From an uncultured cyanobacterium (GTDB lineage Bacteria; Cyanobacteriota; Cyanobacteriia; PCC-6307; Cyanobiaceae), in the NCBI GenBank assembly GCA_963697335.1, contig CAVONQ010000002.1, positions 224,001 to 288,000 on the forward strand: a stretch of DNA of 64,000 nt, in the 5' to 3' direction. The notes under the pieces were generated by a model. It searched no databases and had not been told where the DNA came from. It was given only the letters and a program-made list of their open reading frames with translations. A program made the translations under genes and the position numbers. Positions 1-10,803 of the stretch are shown piece after piece. The number at the start of each line of letters is the position of its first letter. Position 1 is the first letter of the stretch.

Positions 1-394
1 CCCGCTCCAGCAGATCGGTGCCCCCGAGTGAGTAAAGGGCATTGATCTTGGTGGGGCGGTAGCCCTCCGCCTCGATGTAGGTGTCGCGGGGCACCTGGGT
101 GATGCTGGTGATGCCGCCATTGATGCGCAGCGTGGCGATCACATCGGTGTTGCCACCACCCACATCGGTGCCAAGCACGAGGATGTTCTGGTCGCCGATG
201 CCACTCCAGGCGGCAAAGGGATTGGTGATGCGTGGGTTTTCCGGCAACGACGCGCCGCCCAACCAGTCAGCCAGCGGCATGGACACCAGCAGCCCGCCCC
301 CCAGCCCGATCAGCATGGCCAGCAGCACCGGCCCACGCCGTCGCCGCTTGGGGGGCTGCTGATGGGGGGCCCGCCGGGCCTCGCTGGTCTTCAT
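1..394 (-). CDS. LCP (LytR-CpsA-Psr) family protein, runs off the window's left edge
   Basis: Manual translation from ATG 394: N-terminal TM helix, then NILVLGTD...NTDVI...QVPRDTY...KINALY, typical LCP motifs; not in the ORF track. Confidence 0.85.
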   Translation of the reverse strand, partial: MKTSEARRAPHQQPPKRRRRGPVLLAMLIGLGGGLLVSMPLADWLGGASLPENPRITNPFAAWSGIGDQNILVLGTDVGGGNTDVIATLRINGGITSITQVPRDTYIEAEGYRPTKINALYSLGGTDLLER

Positions 395-467
395 GCAGAA
401 ACGCTATTGCACAGGGGCGTGGTGCAAGGCTGCCTCTGAGCCGGTTGGCCGGGCAGTCGCCTTGGGG

Positions 468-2306
468 CTAGGTCCTCAGCAACTCGTCGAGCTGTTCATC
501 GCGGCGCAGGCCGGCCTGCACCCGCCAGAGGTTGGCGTAGACGCCGCCGGCGCGGATCAGCTGGTCATGGCGCCCGCTCTCGACGATCTGGCCGTGGTCC
601 ATCACCACGATCCGATCGGCATGGCGCACGGTGGAGAGGCGGTGGGCGATCACCAGGGTGGTGCGCTCGGCGGTGAGGTGCTCCAGGGAGCGCTGGATGG
701 CGGCTTCGGTCTCGTTGTCCACGGCGGCGGTGGCCTCATCGAGCACCAGCACCGGCGGGTCCTTGAGGATGGCGCGGGCCAGGGCGATCCGCTGGCGCTG
801 GCCGCCCGAGAGGCGTTGGCCGCGCTCGCCCACCACCGTGGCGTAGCCCTCGGGCAGGGCACGGATGAACGCGTCGGCTTCGGCGCCGCGGGCGGCGGCC
901 TCGATGGCCGCGGGGCTGGCCTCGAAGCTGCCGTAGGCGATGTTCTCCGCCACCGTGCCATGGAAGAGGAACACCTCCTGGCTCACCAGGCCGATGGCCT
1001 GGCGCAGGTCATCGAGCCGCAAGGTGCGAATCGGAATGCCGTCGAGGCGGATCTCGCCGGCCTGGATCGCGTAGAGCCTCAGCAGCAGCTTCACGATCGT
1101 GCTCTTGCCCGATCCGGTGGCCCCCACGATGCCGAGGGTGCTGCCCGCGGGGATCGCCAGATCGAACCCCTGCAGCAGCGGCTCTCGGCCCCCGTAGCCG
1201 AACTGCACCGCCTCGAAGCGGATCTCGCCGCGCACCTGCTCCACAGGCAGGGGGCGTTCACCGCCGGGGATGGCCACCGGCGTGTCGAGCAGGTCGAGCA
1301 CCCGGTTGGTGGAGGCCATCGCCCGCTGGTAGTCGTCCAGGGTGCGGCCCAGGCTGGTGAGCGGCCAGAGCAGGCGCTGGGTGATGAACACCAGAAACGC
1401 GTAGGTGCCCGTGGCGATGGCGCCGCTCTCGGCCTGGAGGCCACCGATCACGAGGATGGCGATGAAGGCGAACAGGATCGCGTAGCGGATCAACGGCACG
1501 AAGGCCGCCGAGAGCCCGATCGCCCGGCGGTTGGCCTGGCGGTAGGCCTGACTCTGACGGCGCAGCCGCTCCAGCTCCCAGCCCTCGGCCGTGTAGCTCT
1601 TGATCGTGAGCATGCCGCCCAGGTTGGTGCTGAGCTGGCTGGCCAGGTCGCCGGCCTGCTGCCGCACGGCGGCGTAGCGCGGCGCCAGCCGCTTCTGGAA
1701 CCGCAGCGATCCCCACAGGATCACCGGGATCGGCAGGAACGACACCCCCGCCACCGCGGGGGAGAGCACGGCCATGGCGCCACCCACGGCCAGCACCGTG
1801 GTGAGCAACTGCAGGATCTCGTTGGCGCCGTGGTCGAGGAAGCGCTCCAGCTGGTTGATGTCGTCGTTGAGCACCGCCATCAGCCGGCCGCTGCTGCTGG
1901 TTTCGAAGTAGGCCATCTCCAGCTGCTGGAGATGGTCGTAGGCCTCGAGACGCAGCTCGTGCTGCACGGTCTGGGCCAGGTTGCGCCAGAGCACGCCGTA
2001 GAGGTATTCGAACAGCGACTCAGCGCTCCAGATCAGGAAGGAGAGCAGCGCCAGCACGCCCAGCTGGCCGGCCACGCTGCTCACCCCGAAGCTGCTCAGC
2101 CAGGCCGTGTCCTGCCGCACCACCACATCCACCGCCAGGCCGATCAGCACCGGCGGCGCCAGATCGAACAGCTTGTTGAGCACCGAACAGGCCGCGGCCA
2201 GCCTCACCAGGCGGCGATGGGGGCCCAGGGCCGCCAGCAGGCGCCGCAGGGCCGAGGGCTGGGCAGGGTGATCGGCCGTTGGGAGGGCGGCGGGGGGTGG
2301 CGCCAT
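468..2306 (-). CDS. ABC transporter, fused permease/ATP-binding (MsbA/MdlB-like exporter)
   Basis: TM domain plus GATGSGKS Walker A, LSGGQRQR signature, LDEAT, IAHRLST; start trimmed to ATG 2306. Confidence 0.92.
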   Translation of the reverse strand: MAPPPAALPTADHPAQPSALRRLLAALGPHRRLVRLAAACSVLNKLFDLAPPVLIGLAVDVVVRQDTAWLSSFGVSSVAGQLGVLALLSFLIWSAESLFEYLYGVLWRNLAQTVQHELRLEAYDHLQQLEMAYFETSSSGRLMAVLNDDINQLERFLDHGANEILQLLTTVLAVGGAMAVLSPAVAGVSFLPIPVILWGSLRFQKRLAPRYAAVRQQAGDLASQLSTNLGGMLTIKSYTAEGWELERLRRQSQAYRQANRRAIGLSAAFVPLIRYAILFAFIAILVIGGLQAESGAIATGTYAFLVFITQRLLWPLTSLGRTLDDYQRAMASTNRVLDLLDTPVAIPGGERPLPVEQVRGEIRFEAVQFGYGGREPLLQGFDLAIPAGSTLGIVGATGSGKSTIVKLLLRLYAIQAGEIRLDGIPIRTLRLDDLRQAIGLVSQEVFLFHGTVAENIAYGSFEASPAAIEAAARGAEADAFIRALPEGYATVVGERGQRLSGGQRQRIALARAILKDPPVLVLDEATAAVDNETEAAIQRSLEHLTAERTTLVIAHRLSTVRHADRIVVMDHGQIVESGRHDQLIRAGGVYANLWRVQAGLRRDEQLDELLRT

Positions 2307-2355
2307 GGCAGGGGGAGGGGCTGGGGCGTGCAGGCCCCACTCTCCCCTTCCGGGA

Positions 2356-2670
2356 TCACCAGCGGTTGCCGCCGCCCCCATAGCCGCCGCCATCGCGGTT
2401 GCCGCCACTGCGGCCACCGCCACCACCTTCGCGGGGGGTGGCCTTGTTGACCCGGATCATGCGCCCCATCCACTCCACGTTCTGGAGATCGTCGATGGCC
2501 TTCTGTTCCTCAGCATCGCTGGCGAGTTCCACAAAGGCGAAGCCCCGCTTGCGACCGGTTTCGCGATCGAGCGGCAGGCTGCACTGACGCACCTCCCCGT
2601 ACTGGCCGAAGAGATCAAGCAGATCCTCGCGTTCAGCCTGGAAGGAGAGGTTGCCGACGTAGATGGTCAT
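2356..2670 (-). CDS. rbp: RRM RNA-binding protein with Gly-rich tail (cyanobacterial Rbp)
   Basis: IYVGNL (RNP2), RGFAFVEL (RNP1), Gly-rich C-terminus. Confidence 0.95.
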   Translation of the reverse strand: MTIYVGNLSFQAEREDLLDLFGQYGEVRQCSLPLDRETGRKRGFAFVELASDAEEQKAIDDLQNVEWMGRMIRVNKATPREGGGGGRSGGNRDGGGYGGGGNRW

Positions 2671-2962
2671 GAATGAAGCAAATCCTGGAACGAATTCCTA
2701 TGAACGGAACGGTGTGGTGCTGGCCAGCAGGAGCTGGGGCAGCGCGACCCTCTGGCGCCAACTGGAATCCCTGCCAATTTAGGCGACAAACCAGGGGGCG
2801 AGGCTCGGGGCTGCCCTGGGGAAAGTCGTCCTGACCACCCGGCGCCGACACGGGCTGAGTGTAAAAAACCTTGAAGCAGTTCCTGAAGAGACTCTGAAGA
2901 AGCCGGAGCGATCCCGGCTGCTCGGGCATTGTCAGCAAACCCTGATCTGGTTGAGTGTTGCC

Positions 2963-3163
2963 ATGACGGCCCCTGTCCCCTGGAGCCTGGCCTGGAGCGA
3001 AGACGGCGAGCTGGCTCCCCAGGATCGCTTTGATCTCTTCCAGAGCCTGGTGCAGACCGAGAGCCAGGATGTTCAGGCTTCGCTGATCGCGGCCGTGGAG
3101 GTCATGGCGCTGACCGAGGTCAGCGCCAGCCACTGCACCAGTGTCACCAGGCTCTGGGCCTGA
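2963..3163 (+). CDS. Small hypothetical protein
   Basis: Clean 66-aa ORF in an intergenic gap with host-like codon usage. Confidence 0.6.
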   Translation: MTAPVPWSLAWSEDGELAPQDRFDLFQSLVQTESQDVQASLIAAVEVMALTEVSASHCTSVTRLWA

Positions 3164-3175
3164 GCGGGGCTGGAT

Positions 3176-5170
<1,995 letters not shown>

Positions 5171-5431
5171 TCGAGCCTGTCAGGCCAGGGCCTGGTGGAA
5201 TCCTTCTTCGCAGGACGGCAGATGCCCAGATGGAGGGAACCGCTGGACCGTCAAGGGGGTGTCGTCGCTGTGGGCTCCCGCCGGTCGATGACATGCACGA
5301 CGCTGAGGCGATGGGCTGAGGAGCCGTTGCCCTTGCTGCCGTTGAGATCACGCCAATGGGCGTGAATCTCCTTGAAATCCTTGAGTTCTTGAAAATCCTT
5401 AGAACTGCCTAGCCCTTGAGAAAGGGTGAAA

Positions 5432-7045
5432 TCAAACCTTATCACCCTGGGGTGTGATCAGCTCCGCTCGATGTCTGGCGCGGGTCAGGGCGGTGTACAG
5501 CAGGCGGTCACTGGGGCGGCCCGTGTCCGGCATCAGGATCCACACCTCCTCGGCTTCGCTGCCCTGGGCCTTGTGCACCGTGAGGGCCAGGGCAGGCTGC
5601 AGCGCCGGCAGCTGGGCCGGGTGGAGCCAGAGGTGCTCGCCGCCGCCCACGCCGAACAGCAGGCGAGGCTCCTGCCCCTCCGCCGGGGCCGCCATGATAC
5701 CCACATCGCCGTTGGCCAGGCCCAGCTCGATCAGGTTGTGCTGGCAGAGCACCGGCGTTCCCAGCGGCCACTGCTGCACCGGTTGCTCCAGGCGCTCGCC
5801 CAGCAGGGCCCGATGGATCGCCTCCACCCCCCAACGTCCGCGGCGCACGGGGGTGAGCACCAGCAGGGCATCGAGCTGGGCCAGCAGCAGGGCCTCGGCC
5901 TGCTGCTCCCCTGGCCTGGTCCCGTCGCAGAGCCGGCGCAGCTCCTGCTGCTGCCGCTGCAGCCGCTCCAGCAGTTCCCGCGGCAGCCGCCGGGGAGAGG
6001 CCTGCCGCCAGGCCAGGTTGTCATTGGGCTGCAGCTGGCGCAGTTGGGGGATCAGATGGCGCCAGTCGCCTGATCCCTGCGGCGCTGCGTCCACCGGCTT
6101 GGGGCCAGGGCTGGGCCGCAGGCTTGCCGCCACCTCCGCGATGGCGCCGCCGTTGCGGTAGGTGGTGCGCAGCTCCACCGCGGCGGGGCCCAGGGCCCGC
6201 CGCCTGTCGGCACGCTGCAGCTCCAGCAGCACCGGCCCGGGGCCCACCGGCGGTAGCTGGGCGCCATCGCCCACCAGCACCAGGCTGGCCTGGGTTGGCA
6301 GCGCCTCCAGCACCGCCTGCATCAGGGCCAGGTCCACCATCGACACCTCATCGATCACGAGCAGATCCAGCTCCAGAGGGTGCTGGCGGTTGCGCCCGAA
6401 GCGCTCTCCCTGGCTCTCCAGCAGGCGATGCAGGGTGGTGCAGGGCACCACCTCGGTGCGGGCCAGGCTGGCCCGCAGTCGGGCCGCGGCCTTGCCGGTG
6501 GGTGCCGCCAGGTGGATGCGGGCGCCGGGGCTCCGCAGGCGCACCGCCTCCAGCATCCCCGCCACGGTGCTGGTTTTGCCGGTGCCCGGCCCCCCTTCCA
6601 GCAGCACGAGCTGGTGGTTCAGCACCGCTGCCACCGCCCGCTGCTGGTCGGCATCGAGCCTGCCCGCGGCCGGGATGGCCCCAACCTCTTCCGGTACGGG
6701 TACGGCCCGGGCCCGCTGGATCAGGGCCTCCAGCACCTGCTGGCGCTGCGCGTGCCAGCGCCGCCACACCAGCCGCTCACCCTCCAGAACCAGGGGCCCC
6801 CAGGGGTCGCTGGCCAGGGGCGAGGCCGCCACGGCCCGGAGCTGCTCGGGATCGGCCAGCACCAGCTCCAGCTGGCCCTCCGCCAGGGCAATGGTCAGGG
6901 CCGCCATCACGGCGTCCAGGGCCGGATCGCTCGGGCAGCCATGCAGCCGCGGCAGGGCCTCCTGGAGCGAGGCAGCCAGGGCGACAAGCCAGGCCGGCCG
7001 CAGGTCGCCGGCGGGGTCGGGCAGGGCAGCGGGGGAGCGGGTCAT
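5432..7045 (-). CDS. recD: Exodeoxyribonuclease V alpha subunit
   Basis: GGPGTGKT, APTGKAA, DEVSMVD, TVHKAQGSE, YTALTRAR; overlaps recB stop. Confidence 0.93.
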   Translation of the reverse strand: MTRSPAALPDPAGDLRPAWLVALAASLQEALPRLHGCPSDPALDAVMAALTIALAEGQLELVLADPEQLRAVAASPLASDPWGPLVLEGERLVWRRWHAQRQQVLEALIQRARAVPVPEEVGAIPAAGRLDADQQRAVAAVLNHQLVLLEGGPGTGKTSTVAGMLEAVRLRSPGARIHLAAPTGKAAARLRASLARTEVVPCTTLHRLLESQGERFGRNRQHPLELDLLVIDEVSMVDLALMQAVLEALPTQASLVLVGDGAQLPPVGPGPVLLELQRADRRRALGPAAVELRTTYRNGGAIAEVAASLRPSPGPKPVDAAPQGSGDWRHLIPQLRQLQPNDNLAWRQASPRRLPRELLERLQRQQQELRRLCDGTRPGEQQAEALLLAQLDALLVLTPVRRGRWGVEAIHRALLGERLEQPVQQWPLGTPVLCQHNLIELGLANGDVGIMAAPAEGQEPRLLFGVGGGEHLWLHPAQLPALQPALALTVHKAQGSEAEEVWILMPDTGRPSDRLLYTALTRARHRAELITPQGDKV

Positions 7046-10000
7046 GCCTCCCCCTCCAGCACCTGATTCAGGGCCAGCAGGCGCTCCAGAGGCGGGGTCT
7101 CCACCGCCAGCCCGGGTAGCAGCACGGCCTTGGCGGCTTGGCGCTGCGCCCGCTGCGTCGGCCCCGGCACGCCCCGCAGGAAAACGTAGGCGTAGCCGCC
7201 CAGGTGGCAGGCAGGGTCGTAGCCGGGCAGGCGCCAGCGCAGGTAGCGGTGCAGGGCCACCAGATAGAGGTGGGCCTGCAGCGGGTAGTGGTTCGCGGCC
7301 ATCAGGGCGGCCAGGGCGTCAGGCCCGTAGTGGCGGGGGCCGCAGCCCAGGGGCTGGCCCTCGGCATCCCGCTCGCCCAGCCAGTTGCTCTTCCAGTCGA
7401 GCACCCACCAGCGCTCGCCCTGGCGGAACACCAGGTCGATCGAGCCTGTCAGGAAGCCGCGGCTGTGCACATCCAGCAGGGTCAGCCGCTCGGCGTAGTC
7501 GCCACCGAAAGGACCGCCGGGGTGGTCGCGGAATGGCCGGGCCAAGGCCTGGGCCCGCACCAGGCCGAGGGGCAGATCGAAGCCCATCTCGTTCAGCCGC
7601 TCCGCCTGGGGCAGTTGGGCCAGCTGGAAGGTCCCCAGGGGACCACCCAGGGGGCTCAACCGCAGCTGGTCCAGCCCGCAGAGCAGGCCCTCCAGGTGGC
7701 TGGCGGCGATGCCGCTGCGCTGCAGTTCGCGCCCCACCAGCTCGGCCTGGGCGGCGGCGGGTTGCTGGTAGTCGAGCTGCTCCAGGATGCGGTGCAGGCA
7801 ATCGCCTGCCTGGGAGCCGCGGGGGAAATCCGCCAGGGGGCTCTCAGCCGGCCACGACTCTTCGGAGGGTTCCCCAGGGGGCTCGCCGGCCCCGGAGGCG
7901 CTCAGGGGCTCGGGCAGCTCGGGCTCCAGGGCGAGGCCATCGGTTTCGCGGCCCTCCTCCAGGGTCTGGGGGGCGGCGGCGTGGCTGCCCCGGGTCCAGC
8001 TGGTGTAGCTGCTGCGGCCCCAGGTGCGATCGAGAGGATGGGTAGGCACCGGCCCCACGGCCAGCTCCGGGCCCACCGCAGCCGCTGGCGCCACCAGCAC
8101 GGGTGCGCCCGGATCGGGAAGGTCGCGCAGCCGCAGCGGCAGAGTCCGCCTGGCAATCTCCTGGTCGAGGCGCTGGCGCAGCTCCTGGTCGGAGGGGCCG
8201 GTGTAGGGATCGTCGCCCAGCCCGGGCGGGGGCTCCTGGCCGAACAGCCAGCCGTGCAGGGGGTTGCCCTGCTGCTCCTTGACCGGACCCCAGGCGAGCA
8301 GCAGGCGTCGCCGGGCCCTGGTGCAGGCCACGTAGGCCCGCCGCTCCGCCTCCTGCAGTTCGGCCTCGCCGTGCTGCAGCCGGGCCTGGCAGCCCCGGCC
8401 CCAGTGGGCGTTCAGGTGCAGGTCGAGCACCGGTGCGGGGTGGTCCGGCGGCTGCCAGCGCAGGCCCGGGTCCGGGGGCCGGCGGCTAGGGGCCTTCCAC
8501 AGGTAGGGACAGAGCACCACGGGGTATTCGAGGCCCTTGCTGCGGTGGATCGTCACCACCCACACAGCCCCATCCTCCACGTCGCTGTGGGGCTGGTGGG
8601 TCTCGGGGGGATCGGGGTCCGGCTCCAGGCGCCGCTGCCGCAGCCAGTCGGCGGCGGCGGCCGGCCCCAGCTGGTGGCTGTGCAGCTGCTCCTGCACCAG
8701 GGCAGCGCACTGCTGCAGATCGGCCAGCAGCCTGCCGCCCGGGGCGAGCCGGGCCAGACCAGGGGCGTCGAGCAAGGCGGCCAGCACCCCCATCAGCCCG
8801 CGGCGTTGCAGCTGCTCGGTGCCGCTGGCCAGCTCGGCGGCCAGGGCGCTCCACCGCTCCGGGCTGGCCGCGGCCAGCTCCGCCGCACTCCAGCCCAGCA
8901 GCGGCGAGGCCGCCAGCAGCCGCAGCCGGCGGGGATGGCCTGGGTGGGCGAGGGCATCCAGCAGGTGCTGCAGGGCGGTGGCCCCCGGGCTGGTGAACAC
9001 ATCGCCGTCCATCACCAGCCGGCTGGCGATCCGGCAGCGCTCCAGGGCCGCCCGCAGCTGCTCGGCCTGGCGGTGGGTGTTCACCAGCAGGCAGATGTCC
9101 TGGGGGACCTCGCCGCCAGCGATCAGCTCCGCCACCACCCGGGCCACCTGGCTGGGCAGCCGTTTCTCCAGCTCCGTGCTGCTCTGGGGGGCCTCGCCGT
9201 CGCCCCCGCCACTGCCCACCCACAGCAGCTCCAGGCTGCTGGCCGGCTCCAGGAGTCCTGGGGCCGCCTGGCCTGGCCTGGGCTCCACCTCGGGCACCTT
9301 CAGGCCGGAGCGGCGCAGGCCCGGCGCCATCAGGCCGTTGAGGGCCTCGATCAGGGTGCCGGTGGCGCGGTAGTTGGTGCTGAGGGCGCTGACGCCCCCG
9401 CTCGCTTCTGCCGCAGCGGCCGCAAGCCTGTAAGTGGCCAGCTCGCCGCCGCGGAAGCGGTAGATCGCCTGCTTGGGATCGCCCACCAGCACCAGCCGGT
9501 GCCGCTCCGGACTGAAAGCCCGCGACAGGATCCGCCACTGGATCGGATCGGTGTCCTGGAACTCGTCGATCAGGGCGGCGGCGTAGCGCTGCGCCACGGC
9601 CTCCAGCAGGGGGGAGGGGGTGTGGGGGTCCTCGCCCGGATCCAGGCTCTCCAGCAGCTGGCCGTAGCCCATGCGGCCGCTGCGCTCTCGCCGCCGGGCC
9701 AGCTCGCGGCGGCCCCAGTGGCAGGCATGCAGCAGCAGCGCCTCGGCCGGACCCTCCAGCAGGGCTGCCACGGCCTCCATCAGGGGCCGCTCCGGCAGGC
9801 TCGGGTCCCGGCCGCCGGGGGCTGACGGGTCGGCCTCGATCGGCCTGGCCCGCTTCAGGAAGGCGCCAGGGTGGAAGTACTCGTTGAGTTCCTTCTGGGC
9901 CAGGCAGGCGGCGTGGTCACCGCCGTCCGGCTGGCCCGCGATCCAGGCGCTCAGGATGGCGCAGCGGTCCTTTCTGGGGCGAGGGGAGTAGGGAGTGATC

Positions 10001-10803
10001 GTGCTGATCCCCCTGGAGCGCCAGTCGGCCGCCGTGCTGCACAGGCTGCTCTCCAGGGTCTGGCCGTGCTGGGCCCAGAGGTCGCAGAAGTTGGTCCAGC
10101 TGCTCCCCCAGAGGCCCACCAGCTGGTCGGTCAGGGGCTTGTGGGCCTCCATCCCCTCGGGAAGGGGGTCGAGGGAGAGGGCGGGATCGCCATCCAGCCG
10201 CGCCAGCAGCTGCACCAGGGTCTGCGGGCCCTTGAGCCGCTTCTGCAGCCCCGCCAGCAGGTGGGCCGGCAGGGCCAGCACCTGCTGACGCCAGTAGTCG
10301 TGGCACACCTGCCGCAGCAGGGGGGCGGAATCGGTGTCGAGCTGCAGCTCGGGCGGATGGCCCGACTCCAGGGCATGGCGCTGCAGGGTGCGCAGGCAGA
10401 AGCCGTGGATGGTGGTGATGTCGGCCCCATCGAGGTCTTCGAGGGCCAGCAGTAGGGGCGCCCGCAGGGCCTGGGCCCGGGGCCGGGCCCAGGCGAGCCA
10501 GTCCGCCAGGGCGGGATCCACGCCCGCCCCATGGCCCGCTCCATCACCCTGCCCAGCTCCCGCCCTCTCCTCCAGGCCGCTGAGGGCCTGCTGCAGGCGG
10601 CGGCCGATCCGTTCGCGCAGTTCGGCGGCCGCGGCGTTGGTGAAGGTCACCACCAGCAGCTGATTCAGGGGCAGCTCGGCCTCGCTCACGAAGCGCAGCA
10701 CCAGATGGGCCAGGGAGAAGGTTTTGCCGGTGCCGGCGCTCGCCTCCAGCAGCCTCAGCCCCGGCGTCAGCGGAAAGCGGTTGGCCTCGAAGACGGCCCT
10801 CAT
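7042..10803 (-). CDS. recB: Exodeoxyribonuclease V beta subunit
   Basis: EASAGTGKT, DEFQDT, GDPKQAIYRFRG, TIHRSKGLE, C-terminal nuclease IDLVF...DWKS. Confidence 0.95.
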   Translation of the reverse strand: MRAVFEANRFPLTPGLRLLEASAGTGKTFSLAHLVLRFVSEAELPLNQLLVVTFTNAAAAELRERIGRRLQQALSGLEERAGAGQGDGAGHGAGVDPALADWLAWARPRAQALRAPLLLALEDLDGADITTIHGFCLRTLQRHALESGHPPELQLDTDSAPLLRQVCHDYWRQQVLALPAHLLAGLQKRLKGPQTLVQLLARLDGDPALSLDPLPEGMEAHKPLTDQLVGLWGSSWTNFCDLWAQHGQTLESSLCSTAADWRSRGISTITPYSPRPRKDRCAILSAWIAGQPDGGDHAACLAQKELNEYFHPGAFLKRARPIEADPSAPGGRDPSLPERPLMEAVAALLEGPAEALLLHACHWGRRELARRRERSGRMGYGQLLESLDPGEDPHTPSPLLEAVAQRYAAALIDEFQDTDPIQWRILSRAFSPERHRLVLVGDPKQAIYRFRGGELATYRLAAAAAEASGGVSALSTNYRATGTLIEALNGLMAPGLRRSGLKVPEVEPRPGQAAPGLLEPASSLELLWVGSGGGDGEAPQSSTELEKRLPSQVARVVAELIAGGEVPQDICLLVNTHRQAEQLRAALERCRIASRLVMDGDVFTSPGATALQHLLDALAHPGHPRRLRLLAASPLLGWSAAELAAASPERWSALAAELASGTEQLQRRGLMGVLAALLDAPGLARLAPGGRLLADLQQCAALVQEQLHSHQLGPAAAADWLRQRRLEPDPDPPETHQPHSDVEDGAVWVVTIHRSKGLEYPVVLCPYLWKAPSRRPPDPGLRWQPPDHPAPVLDLHLNAHWGRGCQARLQHGEAELQEAERRAYVACTRARRRLLLAWGPVKEQQGNPLHGWLFGQEPPPGLGDDPYTGPSDQELRQRLDQEIARRTLPLRLRDLPDPGAPVLVAPAAAVGPELAVGPVPTHPLDRTWGRSSYTSWTRGSHAAAPQTLEEGRETDGLALEPELPEPLSASGAGEPPGEPSEESWPAESPLADFPRGSQAGDCLHRILEQLDYQQPAAAQAELVGRELQRSGIAASHLEGLLCGLDQLRLSPLGGPLGTFQLAQLPQAERLNEMGFDLPLGLVRAQALARPFRDHPGGPFGGDYAERLTLLDVHSRGFLTGSIDLVFRQGERWWVLDWKSNWLGERDAEGQPLGCGPRHYGPDALAALMAANHYPLQAHLYLVALHRYLRWRLPGYDPACHLGGYAYVFLRGVPGPTQRAQRQAAKAVLLPGLAVETPPLERLLALNQVLEGEA

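Noticed and set aside
393..2450. Long antisense ORFs (e.g. 393-2450 +, 7138-9825 +, 41214-42932 +, 57390-59348 +)
   Set aside because: Shadow frames of real high-GC genes on the opposite strand; no recognisable motifs
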